Assembly (NCBI GenBank): GCA_963665775.2
Contig: CAXXTF010000002.1
Coordinates: 1,429,300-1,493,299, forward strand
Length of the DNA: 64,000 nucleotides
Source of the DNA: Dehalococcoidia bacterium
GTDB lineage: Bacteria; Chloroflexota; Dehalococcoidia; SM23-28-2; RBG-16-64-32
Direction of reading: 5' to 3'
The notes under the pieces are model-generated. The model searched no databases. It was not told the origin of the DNA and saw nothing but the letters and a program-made list of their open reading frames with translations. Each line of letters starts with the position of its first letter. Within the stretch, counting starts at the first letter, position 1. Shown here piece by piece: positions 47,717 to 58,097 of this stretch. Position numbers and translations under genes: made by a program.

Positions 47717-49699
47717 ATGTCTACGCCAACACGCACCGACCTGAAGGGCATGGTGACCCTATCGGGCCTTTTTAAGGGGCCGTGGGGGATTATCTGGTTG
47801 ACTGCGGCGGGCGTGCTGACGGCCCTATTGATTCTCCTTAGCATAGCCGTCAACGAGGGCCGAACTGCTTCCCAGGACCAGGATGTCCTGGAATGGGTGG
47901 TCGGCTGGGACGCCCCTGGCCTGGCCGGTCTCGCAGACGTTATCAACTTTCTCGCTAGTACCTGGTCAGGGACCGCGATAGTGGCAGCGGGAATAGCAGT
48001 CATCTGGCTTCTTACGGTGGGTCGGGTTGCCTTCGGGCTTGCCATCGTCGGCATGGTTCTGGTCGTGGTCGCCTTCTGGGGCGATCGAATCCTGGCGGAG
48101 ATCGTAGGGCGATCTGGGCCTCTCGCGGAGGGATCGCAGAGCTTCCCTAGTGGGCGCCTATTTGGCAGCACGGTGTTCTTTGGATTCTTGGGATTCCTCG
48201 CTGTTTACTACCGGCTAAACAGGGTACTTCTTATCCCTCTGTTAGGCATTCTTCTCGCCTTGATCGTGGCTGCTGGCTTTGCTCGCATCTTTAAGGAAGC
48301 CGCATGGCCAAGCGATGTAGCAGCCGGATACCTACTCGGAGGCGTCTGGCTCCTACTGCTTATCCCACTGTTTATCTCCTTTCAGAGGTTTTCCTGGCTG
48401 TCCTCCCCGAAGCAAGCGCCAGACCTGACTACATTGGGATGTGAAACTTGTCGTATTGAAAGGTCTATCGCAAGCACGGTAGTGCTGGACCCCGAGCGAG
48501 GTACGGCGACCAAGGTATATCGGCCACCGGGATTGGTGCGCCTGCTTTACTGGGCAGCCTTCCAGGCCAAGTTTCCCTATGAGAACAACCGAGCCTCTCT
48601 GGATGCGGCGACGTACCGCAGGAAGATCGCGAGTGCCCTAACCACCCACAGATTCGGGAAGGACCTCGTCGCCCACGTGACCGCCGTAGAGTGCGAATTC
48701 GAGGCATGCAGCTTCGTCACCGAGTTTGTTGCAGGCGAAAAGGTCGAGAACGATGAGGAGACACAGCAATTCCTCGGTCAGGTCGCGGAGACGTTCGCCG
48801 AGGCAGGCCTGTCCGTTTGGCAAGTGAACCCACGGAATCCTCACGCCCACACAAACCTCATCCGGACGCCCGAAGGGGACAGCAAGATTATAGATCTGGA
48901 GTCTGCCGTAGTCACACCGATTCCCGCACCCGGGCAATGGCGGTCCTCGCTCAGGCGGGGAAGCCTCCCGATATTCGATGACATCGACTTCCAGCGATTG
49001 CGAGGCTACATCTCCTCCAATGAGACAGCACTACAAGAGAGCCTTGGGCCGGAAAGCTTGGCCGGGTTCAAGGCCAACGTGGATCGTGGCGAGCAGGCGA
49101 TTCACGCCTGGCAAGATTCTGAGCCCCGAATCTGGGGGCGGCTTATCAGCGGGGCGTACCGGTTACTGGACTGGCCGGGCTTCGCCAAGCGCTTGAAGCA
49201 TACGTTGGGTGGCGCCGACCGGGCCGCTGAGGCCTTCTTGAATCGTGGCATCGAGCGTTGGGAGATCGAAGGCCGGCTGCCGCCCTCGGAGGCGGCATGG
49301 CTGCGGTCCCAACTTTCGTCGGGCGAGGTCCAAAACGCGACGCACCACCTGGGAGTCCACCTGGTCTTAAGTGTAGCGATAGCTATTCCTATTCCAGGAC
49401 TTAGAAGCCTCGCTCGCTTCTTGTGGACGTTCACTTTCTGGCTCAAGTCCCAGGCTAGGCGCCTTCTGCGTCGCGCCCCGAAGCCGGCTCAAGGGGCCTC
49501 CAACATCCACACCCCCCTGGTCATGCTGATCGCCCTGGTGCCTGCTGTCGGAGGCGTTTCTTATCTTGCCTCTCGCCCGCTCCGTAAGAAGCTTCTAATT
49601 CGCTTGGTGCTGGACCAGATCGCCATTAAGCTGCCCTTCAAGATCTACACTCGCCTGAACCTGGGTCGGAGGCTGGCCCCTGCACGTACCGACCGCTAG
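47717..49699 (+). CDS. Fusion of a degenerate PAP2 domain, a kinase-like domain and a C-terminal membrane-associated domain
   Basis: SFPSGR and RIFKEAAWPSD (both His lost); TATKVY, FVTEFVAG, TNLI..KIIDLES. Confidence 0.75.
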   Translation: MSTPTRTDLKGMVTLSGLFKGPWGIIWLTAAGVLTALLILLSIAVNEGRTASQDQDVLEWVVGWDAPGLAGLADVINFLASTWSGTAIVAAGIAVIWLLTVGRVAFGLAIVGMVLVVVAFWGDRILAEIVGRSGPLAEGSQSFPSGRLFGSTVFFGFLGFLAVYYRLNRVLLIPLLGILLALIVAAGFARIFKEAAWPSDVAAGYLLGGVWLLLLIPLFISFQRFSWLSSPKQAPDLTTLGCETCRIERSIASTVVLDPERGTATKVYRPPGLVRLLYWAAFQAKFPYENNRASLDAATYRRKIASALTTHRFGKDLVAHVTAVECEFEACSFVTEFVAGEKVENDEETQQFLGQVAETFAEAGLSVWQVNPRNPHAHTNLIRTPEGDSKIIDLESAVVTPIPAPGQWRSSLRRGSLPIFDDIDFQRLRGYISSNETALQESLGPESLAGFKANVDRGEQAIHAWQDSEPRIWGRLISGAYRLLDWPGFAKRLKHTLGGADRAAEAFLNRGIERWEIEGRLPPSEAAWLRSQLSSGEVQNATHHLGVHLVLSVAIAIPIPGLRSLARFLWTFTFWLKSQARRLLRRAPKPAQGASNIHTPLVMLIALVPAVGGVSYLASRPLRKKLLIRLVLDQIAIKLPFKIYTRLNLGRRLAPARTDR

Positions 49700-49773
49700 C
49701 ATCTGTTAGCCATGACATTCTCAATAGCGCCTAGTCCCCAACGAAAACTGAATCTAGCTTAGAGGAACGAGCG

Positions 49774-51264
49774 ATGCAGAAGGACTGGATGTTAGAACTG
49801 GCCCGTAAGTATGAAGAGACTCGTCGTCGATATCCGAAGGACAAATTGATGGCCGTCTTCGACATCGACGGTACGATTCTAGATACCCGTTATATGATCC
49901 TCCACGTACTGCAGGACTTCGATAAGGAACATGGGACCCACCTCTTCCAGAAGCTCAATGTCTCGGATATCAGGACACACGAAAACCAAGTGGACCTTCT
50001 TCTGGCCGAGCTACAAATTCCGAATCAGAAGCAAGAAGAGATTCTAGACTGGTACAACCTTCAACGTTGGACACCGGAGCAAATCCTTCACGCTCATAAT
50101 CCGTTTTCTGGAGTACTTGAGGTTATTCGATGGTTTCAAATTCAGCCCGAGACGTTTATCGGCTTGAACACTGGACGACCGGAATCACTGCGAAGAGATA
50201 CGTTGAGATCCCTGAATGCGCTGGGGAAGGAGTATAAGGTCCGGTTCTCAGACGCGCTCCTCCAGATGAATCCTCGTGGCTGGGAACAGGAGGTGGATAA
50301 CGCAAAAGTTGCCGGGATACGCTACTTTCAGGCGGCTGGCTATCGAGTCTTCGCCTTTATAGATAACGAACCTGATAATTTACAGGCAGTCTCAAGAATC
50401 GATCCGGCGCAAGAGATCCTTCTTCTACATGCCGACACGATATTTGAATCCAAGAGAACCAGCCTTCCCGCTCATATGGTCAAAGGAAAGACCTATGATC
50501 TGACGGAACTTATCCCTGAGAAAGCCCTACCCAAGCACATTGAATTTGTTTGGCATGGCGTAAACGACGAGGTCAACCTACGTCAGTTTCTGGCCTCGGA
50601 CATCAGTTGGGGCGAATTTGATGTTCGGCTCGACCCTATAGGGAGCGAACTGATTCTGCGTCATGACTCCTTTGTAGACAGTCCACTTGACGCAGACGAG
50701 GATTGGCTGACCTTGGATCGACTCTTAGAGCGATTTCAACAGGCAGGCAAGTCCGCGAAGTTTGACTTGAAAGCCGGGGGTAAGGTGCTGGACAAAGTCT
50801 TGGAATTAGGGGCAAGGTATGACTTTTCCGAGACGCACTTGTGGTTCAACGGCAACGTCGAAAAACTGCAGGAAGAGGGTTTCAGAAGATTGGCCGACGC
50901 GCATCCGAAGGCCGTACTGCAATGCCCGGTGGATTTCTTAGCCCCTCTGATATGTCGCACTCCGAAGAAAGCTGGGGTGATCCTCAAATCGTTCACGGCA
51001 TGGGGCGTAAACCGCTTCTCTATTTCCTGGGAGAGCCCGGACATGCGCACCTTTCTTGACCAAATGGAAGATTGGGGGTTCGAGGTTAACATCTACAAGG
51101 TTCCTGACTTGAATTCATTTCTGGAAGCTGTACTGCTAATGCCTCGCTCGATCACCGCTGATTTCAATTTCCCCCAATGGCATTACTACGGAAGAGGCTC
51201 CGGGCAGGATAGTGAAAAGTACGAGTACTCCGTGCGGAAGAGGCGAACGAGAAGGCAGGCCTGA
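49774..51264 (+). CDS. HAD-family hydrolase fused to a GDPD/PLC-like domain
   Basis: VFDIDGT, NTGR, K, FIDNE (HAD motifs I-IV); WHGVN..EFDVR..LRHD..KFDLK. Confidence 0.7.
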   Translation: MQKDWMLELARKYEETRRRYPKDKLMAVFDIDGTILDTRYMILHVLQDFDKEHGTHLFQKLNVSDIRTHENQVDLLLAELQIPNQKQEEILDWYNLQRWTPEQILHAHNPFSGVLEVIRWFQIQPETFIGLNTGRPESLRRDTLRSLNALGKEYKVRFSDALLQMNPRGWEQEVDNAKVAGIRYFQAAGYRVFAFIDNEPDNLQAVSRIDPAQEILLLHADTIFESKRTSLPAHMVKGKTYDLTELIPEKALPKHIEFVWHGVNDEVNLRQFLASDISWGEFDVRLDPIGSELILRHDSFVDSPLDADEDWLTLDRLLERFQQAGKSAKFDLKAGGKVLDKVLELGARYDFSETHLWFNGNVEKLQEEGFRRLADAHPKAVLQCPVDFLAPLICRTPKKAGVILKSFTAWGVNRFSISWESPDMRTFLDQMEDWGFEVNIYKVPDLNSFLEAVLLMPRSITADFNFPQWHYYGRGSGQDSEKYEYSVRKRRTRRQA

Positions 51265-51353
51265 CCAGTAACCTCCAACCGCGTATCGCGATCCCGGCAT
51301 AGCGCCGCCAATGGTTGTGACCACCGAAGCTGGCAAGGGTAGCCGGCACGAGG

Positions 51354-52103
51354 ATGAAAATGTCGGCAGGCATTTCAAAATCGAATCGTACGCTTGGTCT
51401 CCTGCGGGATGCCTTCCGCCTCGCTGTAGCCCCCAGCCGGCGCAATCTGCTGCACTGGCTTTCCTGGACGGTTACGCTGGCGACACTGCTGAGCCTCACC
51501 GTTATTCTCTACGGCGGCCAGATCTACGGCTGGGAGCAGGACGTCACCCGGGAGTTTCAGGCCTGGGACTACCCGGAGTGGGCGTTCCGGATAACCTCCT
51601 CCAACCTGATCGATCCCATGGCCTGGCAAGGGGGATCGATCAGGGCCTCCGCCTTCCTCGCACTCCTTCTTCTGGGGCATCGGGTGGAGGCCGCCCTGGT
51701 GGTCCTGATCTTCCCGCTGCACATCCTGGGAAACTTCCCCAAGGCGATCGTCGACAGGGAGCGGCCTTCGGAGATGTTCGACGGCATCTTCGGTGTGGGC
51801 GGCGATATGAGCTTCCCGAGCGGTCACACAGAGTCTGCCGTCACATTCTTCGGATTCCTCACCTTCGTGGCCCTAACTCACCTCAGCGGCCGTGTCCGGC
51901 GCACTGGCATCGTGCTTCTCTGGCTTGGCTTCGCGATCCTGGTGGGTTACGGGCGCATCGCTCACGGCCACCACTGGCCGGTGGACGTCCTCGCCTCTTA
52001 CGTCGTTGGCACCGGGCTACTCTCGGGTTTGATCTGGCTCCATACGAGCCTCTCTGGAGCGCGGGAGCTAAGAGCAACCTCAGACGCAGGTGCCCGCCAT
52101 TGA
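51354..52103 (+). CDS. PAP2-family membrane phosphatase
   Basis: KAIVDRERP, SFPSGH, RIAHGHHWPVD. Confidence 0.9.
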   Translation: MKMSAGISKSNRTLGLLRDAFRLAVAPSRRNLLHWLSWTVTLATLLSLTVILYGGQIYGWEQDVTREFQAWDYPEWAFRITSSNLIDPMAWQGGSIRASAFLALLLLGHRVEAALVVLIFPLHILGNFPKAIVDRERPSEMFDGIFGVGGDMSFPSGHTESAVTFFGFLTFVALTHLSGRVRRTGIVLLWLGFAILVGYGRIAHGHHWPVDVLASYVVGTGLLSGLIWLHTSLSGARELRATSDAGARH

Positions 52104-52162
52104 CGTAGGCGCGGGCAAACTCCTAGAATGCGCGCAAACGCCTACCGAAGAAGGAGTATTTA

Positions 52163-52354
52163 TTGGCCGAGGTGCAGATTCGATCCAACGAGAGCTTTGA
52201 GCAAGCCCTGAAGCGCTTCAACAAGCTAGTGCAGGAGACGGGTGTCCTGGCCGAAGCCCGTCGCCGCCAGCATTTCGAACCCCCCAGCGCATACCGGAAG
52301 AGGAAGGCAGCGGCCAAGCGCCGCAAGAGCCGGAAGAACGCCGAGCGCGGATAA
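52163..52354 (+). CDS. rpsU: 30S ribosomal protein S21
   Basis: ESFEQALKRF..RRRQHFEPPS..RKRKAAA; TTG start after AAGGAG. Confidence 0.95.
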   Translation: MAEVQIRSNESFEQALKRFNKLVQETGVLAEARRRQHFEPPSAYRKRKAAAKRRKSRKNAERG

Positions 52355-52490
52355 GCTTGGGTCCACCTGAACGGCCGATACGGCCCACAAGCCCACCACT
52401 ACCGGTTACGCGATGCCCATCCAGAAGGACTTGGCGACCCAACGGTCGCCGAACGGCCGGTCGGCCCTTAGGAACGCCGGCGACGGTTAG

Positions 52491-52958
52491 CTAGAGCGTC
52501 CACTCGCCGGTACGGACAAACAGCTTGAGCTTCTCGCCAATGGCTTTCGGGACGAGTTCCACCCGCAAGCCATTGGCGCCACCCGGATCGAGGTAAGCGA
52601 CGCTGCCACTGGGGCCGATATCCTCTCTTGGCACACCCAACGCCTCCGCGCGCTTCAGCAGTTCGGGGAGATCCTCATCCACGAAATAGGCCACGTGGAA
52701 CACACCTTCGCCGTGCTCTCGCAGATGCTTGGTCGCACTGGACTCGACATCGAGCCTCGGCTGGATGAACTCCAGCCACGGGAATTCTGTCACCGAGAAC
52801 GCGATCTTCATGCCGGCGCCAGAGACGTCCCGAAGCCGCCAATCGGTGATGCCGAAAGCCTTACCGTATCGCTCGATGGCAGCCTCGATATCATAGACGG
52901 CGATCCCGATGTGGAAGGGCGCACCCAGTCCTAGGCTCTTGACAACGTCCTCGCTCAT
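52491..52958 (-). CDS. VOC family protein (methylmalonyl-CoA epimerase-like)
   Basis: HIGIAV, LEFIQP, GEGVFHVAY, VELV. Confidence 0.85.
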   Translation of the reverse strand: MSEDVVKSLGLGAPFHIGIAVYDIEAAIERYGKAFGITDWRLRDVSGAGMKIAFSVTEFPWLEFIQPRLDVESSATKHLREHGEGVFHVAYFVDEDLPELLKRAEALGVPREDIGPSGSVAYLDPGGANGLRVELVPKAIGEKLKLFVRTGEWTL

Positions 52959-53238
52959 GAGTCCCTCCCTTCTATTCTCTCCCACGCGATATCACCCGAG
53001 AGTTCCCATTTCGAGGTGGCCCCAGTGTAGGATCAGGAGCACATGACGGCTAAGATTGCTGTTAACGACGAGAGGTGTCATCAACCAAGCTGCCTCCTTC
53101 CCATTCGCGCCCTTTGTTGCAGGCACGGAAGGGCAATTTCTCTAGTGAACCTCTCCGTGGAGTGGAAGCGGTCTCCCCCGCCGATGGTGTGAGTTCTGAC
53201 GAGGACCCTCCTGGTCACGTCCGGGTCAGCACCCACAT

Positions 53239-53751
53239 TCATCGCCGGTACGATATGTCCTGTCGTGAGCGGTGACCGAGGGTCGCTCCGCCAGGCCCAG
53301 ACTCAACGACTGCGTCCACCCGGTTCCACTCGCCCACCAATACGCGATCGGCGATCTTCCAGGCCGAATCGCGCCGCTCAAACCGGTCGACGTAGCGGCC
53401 GGAACCGATCTGATCGTACTCCTTGCCGTCTCGCTCCAGCCGCGAGTAGGCCACGAAATAGGCTTCGCTATAGGCCACGTCGCCCGCTAGCTCCAAGGAA
53501 TTTGTCCCGATGAAGTGCATCGTGCTTTTCCACGTCTGGAGCAGTATCGGCACGATCATTTTGGCAAACTCCGGGCCACTTCCCCTGAAGAACTCTCCGT
53601 AGTCGACGGTCGAATCCGCGTGGAACACGGACCTGACCAGCTCCTCATCACAACGGTCAATGCCCCTACAATAACGCATGACCGCCTCGTGAATCTCTTG
53701 CTTATCCAGTAGGGCCTGAAGCGCCGCATCTCGCTGGTATTCGGTAGCCAT
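53239..53751 (-). CDS. SnoaL/NTF2-like protein
   Basis: RYCRGIDR, TMH, GRYVDRFERRD..WKIADR. Confidence 0.88.
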   Translation of the reverse strand: MATEYQRDAALQALLDKQEIHEAVMRYCRGIDRCDEELVRSVFHADSTVDYGEFFRGSGPEFAKMIVPILLQTWKSTMHFIGTNSLELAGDVAYSEAYFVAYSRLERDGKEYDQIGSGRYVDRFERRDSAWKIADRVLVGEWNRVDAVVESGPGGATLGHRSRQDISYRR

Positions 53752-54094
53752 GCCACTCTCCTTTGAATCGATCGAGCCTCGTAGGTCTTTGGCGCGACTA
53801 AGCTGCTGGCCGCCATTTTAGGTGAGCTGCCCCTGTGCCGTCCAGGTGAATGATCCAATGTTGTCACCCTGCATCGAACTTCAACATTATATCCTCATCG
53901 GGTGGATGTGACGGCCAGATGTTCCGCGTCCCTTCGTTGAGCAAGTCTTAACCCAAGGGTGATAGAAGTGATAACGGCCACCGCGAGGACAATTCCGAGG
54001 AGGGGCCAGGCTCTAGCCGCACATGCTTGCAACCGACAGCCCGTGCCCGCGTTCTATATAACATGATAGGCGCCTTAACTACCCGGAGGGTTAC

Positions 54095-54622
54095 TTGATG
54101 GAAGCTACACGCCAGTCATCTCTGATCGGCCGGATGATCCGGGCTGCCATGTTGGACGAGCAGCTCTACGAAGAGGTCGAGCATGACCAGTCAGCCACCC
54201 GCCAGGCGATGCTCGTTGTGGTGCTCGGTGCGGTTGCCGCCGGCATAGGCGCGCTGTACGGCGGCCTGCTTGCTCTCGTGGTAAGCATAGTAGCCGCCCT
54301 GATCGGCTGGGCCGTCTATGCATTCGTCGCCTACTGGGTGGGCACTCACATCTTCCGTGGGCCGCACACCTCAGCCACTTGGGGAGAGCTCCTGAGGACA
54401 CTGGGCTTCGCGAACTCTCCGAAGGTGTTGCTGGTCCTTCTGATCATACCGGTAGTCGGCCTGTTCATAGCTCTGGCCGTGTTCATCTGGACGCTGATCA
54501 CCACGGTCATCGCCATTCGCAGCGCCCTGGACTTCACCACCGGGCGGGCCATAGCCACTGCCGTAGTCAGCTGGATAGCCTTGCTCCTTGTGTTTGTCTT
54601 GACGGCCATCGTCGCGGGGTAG
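54095..54622 (+). CDS. YIP1-like membrane protein
   Basis: YEEVEHDQSAT, LLRTLGFANSP, multi-TM; start probably ATG 54098. Confidence 0.8.
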   Translation: MMEATRQSSLIGRMIRAAMLDEQLYEEVEHDQSATRQAMLVVVLGAVAAGIGALYGGLLALVVSIVAALIGWAVYAFVAYWVGTHIFRGPHTSATWGELLRTLGFANSPKVLLVLLIIPVVGLFIALAVFIWTLITTVIAIRSALDFTTGRAIATAVVSWIALLLVFVLTAIVAG

Positions 54623-54684
54623 CCGACTATGGACTATACGCCTGGAAAAATCGCCTAATCAGCGACAGGGGATGACTCGATCGG

Positions 54685-55503
54685 CTAGACATTCTGCTGC
54701 GCCTGCTTCACGGCATCGAGGAGGGCCGCGTGTATCAGCCCATTCAAGGCAACGACGTCGCCCTGGAAGAGCCAGGTGTCTCCGCCGCTGTAGTCGGTGA
54801 CTTGGCCGCCCGCTTCTGCCACCAGCAACGCTCCTGCGGCGAGGTCCCACGGCCTCTGCCCAGATTCCCAATACCCGTCCAGGCGACCGCAAGCAACATA
54901 GGCAAGTTCGAGCGCCCCCGATCCGAACCTCCTCACGCCGTGGGAATTCCTCGTCATCCTCGAGAACTCCTTGATGTTGTCGGGACTCGCTTCGCTGATC
55001 GAATCTGCAAGGCCCGTCGACATGACAGAGTCGGCGAGAGTGGCCGTATGGGACACGTGACATTCGTGACCGTTTACATAGGCCCCTGTGGCAGCAACAG
55101 CCGTGAACGTCTCTCCCAACGCAGGTGCGTGTATTACACCTAGCACAGGCCACCCCCTTTCGATGCGGGCGATCGAGATGCCGAAAAATGGAAGCCCGTG
55201 CACAAAGTTTATGGTTCCATCCACAGGATCCGCCGCCCATAGCGTGTGTTCCTGATCACCTGATGGCAGCTCCTCGGCATAGTCTTCAACCACGACAGCG
55301 TCTCCGGGGAATGACTCGCTTAGTTGGTGAAATATCAACTTAGCGCTCACAGCATCTGCCGCCGCTATTAGATCCTGGCTTCCACGAACTCGTATGTCTA
55401 GGTCGCCTGAGTTCCGGTACCGTAGTAGCGCTTCGCCCGCTTCCTCAGCAATGCGCCTAGCTTCGTGCAAAGCCCAGTGCGATGGTGAGTCGAGACTCGT
55501 CAT
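54685..55503 (-). CDS. Inositol monophosphatase family (SuhB-like)
   Basis: DPVDGTINFVHG, RRFGSGAL, WDLAAGALL. Confidence 0.92.
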   Translation of the reverse strand: MTSLDSPSHWALHEARRIAEEAGEALLRYRNSGDLDIRVRGSQDLIAAADAVSAKLIFHQLSESFPGDAVVVEDYAEELPSGDQEHTLWAADPVDGTINFVHGLPFFGISIARIERGWPVLGVIHAPALGETFTAVAATGAYVNGHECHVSHTATLADSVMSTGLADSISEASPDNIKEFSRMTRNSHGVRRFGSGALELAYVACGRLDGYWESGQRPWDLAAGALLVAEAGGQVTDYSGGDTWLFQGDVVALNGLIHAALLDAVKQAQQNV

Positions 55504-55736
55504 ATTAGTGCGAGCGGTGTTGATGTGACTCGTTAGGATCGAGGGTCAGGCTGACCTGCCCCCACAAACGTTACCACACGCTATGTTAGTGGGGCCATGA
55601 CTTGGTCTCGCCGGCGTCGTGCACTGCTGAACGTTCTGGGGTATTCACTCGGCGTCGGGACACACGCATCCTGATCCCCAGCGCTAACTACGGCTATAAT
55701 AAGGCCTGTACGATTCTGCTTTGGAGGAGGCATCAT

Positions 55737-56504
55737 ATGTGTCATGCGTATGACTCCAGGCCGCCCATCGCTCCAGTCGCGGGCGCGGCGGTGAACCACC
55801 AAGAACTAACGCTCCGCGCCGCAGATAGTGCAAGTTTTGCGGCCTTCGCCGCACAGGCTGGCGATCACACGGGAGCCGGTATGGTCGTCTTGCCCGACGC
55901 GGGCGGGCTTCGACGGTTCTATGAGGAGCTGGCGTTACGATTGGCGGAGGAGGGTATCGATGCCGTCGCCATCGACTACTTCGGCCGTACGGCCGGGGTC
56001 ACCAAGCGTGACGCTGACTTCCCGTACATGGAGCATTTGGCTCAAACGAAAGCCGCAAATGTTGCCATGGACGTGGGGGCGGCCATCGATTACCTGCGAT
56101 CGCCGGATGGCGGCAATTGCCGGTCGGTGTTCACCGTCGGCTTTTGCTTCGGTGGATCGAACTCTTGGCTGCAGGCCGCAAACCGCCATGGGCTCGCGGG
56201 GGCGATCGGCTTTTATGGATCGCCGGGCGGAACCCGAGACGGAGAACCGGGCCCCATGGCCCGAGCCACTGAAGTCGCCTGCCCGATACTCGCTCTAATG
56301 GGGGGCGCGGATGAGCATATTGCCGCTGAGCAGGTCGAAAGGCTCAGGCAGGCTTGGGAGAAATCTGGGGTGGAGCACGAGCTCGTCATCTATCCAGAGG
56401 CCCCGCACAGCTTCTTCGACCGAAGCTATCAAGAGCATGCAGATGCGGCAGCGGACGCTTGGCAACGGGTCCTAGCGTTCACCCGGCGGCTCCACGCTGG
56501 CTAG
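55737..56504 (+). CDS. Dienelactone hydrolase family protein
   Basis: GFCFGG nucleophile, GGAD, YPEAPHSF; GGAGGAGG RBS, TATAAT at 55695. Confidence 0.92.
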   Translation: MCHAYDSRPPIAPVAGAAVNHQELTLRAADSASFAAFAAQAGDHTGAGMVVLPDAGGLRRFYEELALRLAEEGIDAVAIDYFGRTAGVTKRDADFPYMEHLAQTKAANVAMDVGAAIDYLRSPDGGNCRSVFTVGFCFGGSNSWLQAANRHGLAGAIGFYGSPGGTRDGEPGPMARATEVACPILALMGGADEHIAAEQVERLRQAWEKSGVEHELVIYPEAPHSFFDRSYQEHADAAADAWQRVLAFTRRLHAG

Positions 56505-56557
56505 AGCGGAACGTTCCAGCTGACCGGGTCGACGCTGCCTGTGAATAAGAGAGATAG

Positions 56558-57223
56558 GTGGCTGTGGCCGCGCCCGAAAATGTAACGCCGCCGTCAGAAC
56601 GTATAGCACTGTCCACAGAACGTGGCACTGTCCGGTGCCTGTACCATCGAGGCCTACCCGGCGCGGCTGCCATACTCATGGTGGGCGGTACCGATGGCGG
56701 CTTCGACGGTCCAGCAGACGGCATCTATCCCACGCTAGCCGATGATCTGGGGGCATTGGGCGTCAGTGGTCTGCGCCTTAACTTCCGCATCCTGCAGGCT
56801 CCCGGGCCACTGGAGGAAGGGGTCTTCGATGTCCTGGCCGGTATACGGTTCCTGCAACTAGAGAGAGTCGGCCATATTGCCCTCGTGGGTCATTCGTATG
56901 GTGGCGCTGTTGTAATCGAGGCCGCGATCCACTCTCCTCCGGTCGCGGCCGTAGTGGCCTTAAGCACCCAAACTGCGGGCGCCCAACGGGCCGGAATGCT
57001 GGCACCGCGCCCACTCTTGCTCGTTCATGGCGCAGAGGACCAGCGGCTACCTCCTCTGTGTTCAGAGCTGGTGTACTCATGGGCGCGAGAGCCCAAGCAG
57101 TTGGTCATCCTTGAGGGCGCCAAGCACAGTCTCCGTCAGCGACGCAACGATCTACGTCAGCTGCTGATCGACTGGCTTAGAAAGCGGCTCAACCTGTCCC
57201 GAACCGCGCCGAGAGAGGGATGA
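56558..57223 (+). CDS. Alpha/beta hydrolase
   Basis: GHSYGG, HGAED, GAKH. Confidence 0.88.
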   Translation: MAVAAPENVTPPSERIALSTERGTVRCLYHRGLPGAAAILMVGGTDGGFDGPADGIYPTLADDLGALGVSGLRLNFRILQAPGPLEEGVFDVLAGIRFLQLERVGHIALVGHSYGGAVVIEAAIHSPPVAAVVALSTQTAGAQRAGMLAPRPLLLVHGAEDQRLPPLCSELVYSWAREPKQLVILEGAKHSLRQRRNDLRQLLIDWLRKRLNLSRTAPREG

Positions 57224-57430
57224 AGTCCGGGGCGGCTCGGTTCACTCTGCTGTCAATCCTGATGCAGTCTGGCTATCCGTTTAACGGGAAAGCCGTCTTT
57301 TCATTGGCAGAGAGCGGGAGTTTGACCCGATATGGAGTCAGGGGTAGGATACAGGCCGTCAGGGGCACAGCACGCTTAGGGGTCACGAGGTTGATATGGG
57401 GAATCCCGTCTAGAAGGCCTGGGTCAGCGC

Positions 57431-57877
57431 ATGAGGATGGATTTTGGGGATCAGGGGCAGCGGGCCCCGTCGTCGACCGGTCGGGCTCCACGTGCTGGAA
57501 AGGGACTACCGCTTACAAGTCGCGTCGATACTGGGCAATCGGACCAGCAGCAACAAATGGGGCAGGCGGTGGAACCCGCGCCCCGCGTACCGCAGGGGGT
57601 GGAGCCGCCGATTCCCCATGTGCCTCTAGGCATCGTGGTGGCGCGAACCATCGTCGTGTCGTCCCTGGGGCTTTCCGCCGCCGCGGGTGTCTTCCTACTG
57701 GTAGGCGGCTTCTGGCGAATCGGCCTCGGGGCGCTGGCTGCGGCCGCGATCTTGATCCTCCTCATGTTTCTCATTGAACGGCTGGCGCCGTGCAGCTGCC
57801 TCTCTATCAAGTGCAGCATTACCGGCTGCAGGAGAAGGCAGAGGGCGAAGAAGCCACCCACAGCTGGACGAGGTTAA
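57431..57877 (+). CDS. Hypothetical two-TM protein
   Basis: Two hydrophobic segments; boundaries uncertain. Confidence 0.4.
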   Translation: MRMDFGDQGQRAPSSTGRAPRAGKGLPLTSRVDTGQSDQQQQMGQAVEPAPRVPQGVEPPIPHVPLGIVVARTIVVSSLGLSAAAGVFLLVGGFWRIGLGALAAAAILILLMFLIERLAPCSCLSIKCSITGCRRRQRAKKPPTAGRG

Positions 57878-58097
57878 CGGAAGATTAGGCTTTACATTCC
57901 TGCTACTAGGACTAGGGAGATCACCGATTCGGCGGCTCCACCTCCAGCCTGCCGCAGACATCACGGAAGAGCGACAGGTGTGGCTTGTGCGCCGAACGGC
58001 TCCGCGAAAACGACTCCATAACTAGAGGTGCAAGCACCGAAAGAGAGGCAGTCACGCTACTCCTGGATAGTCAGGCCCGTGAGGGGCAACGAAGCTC

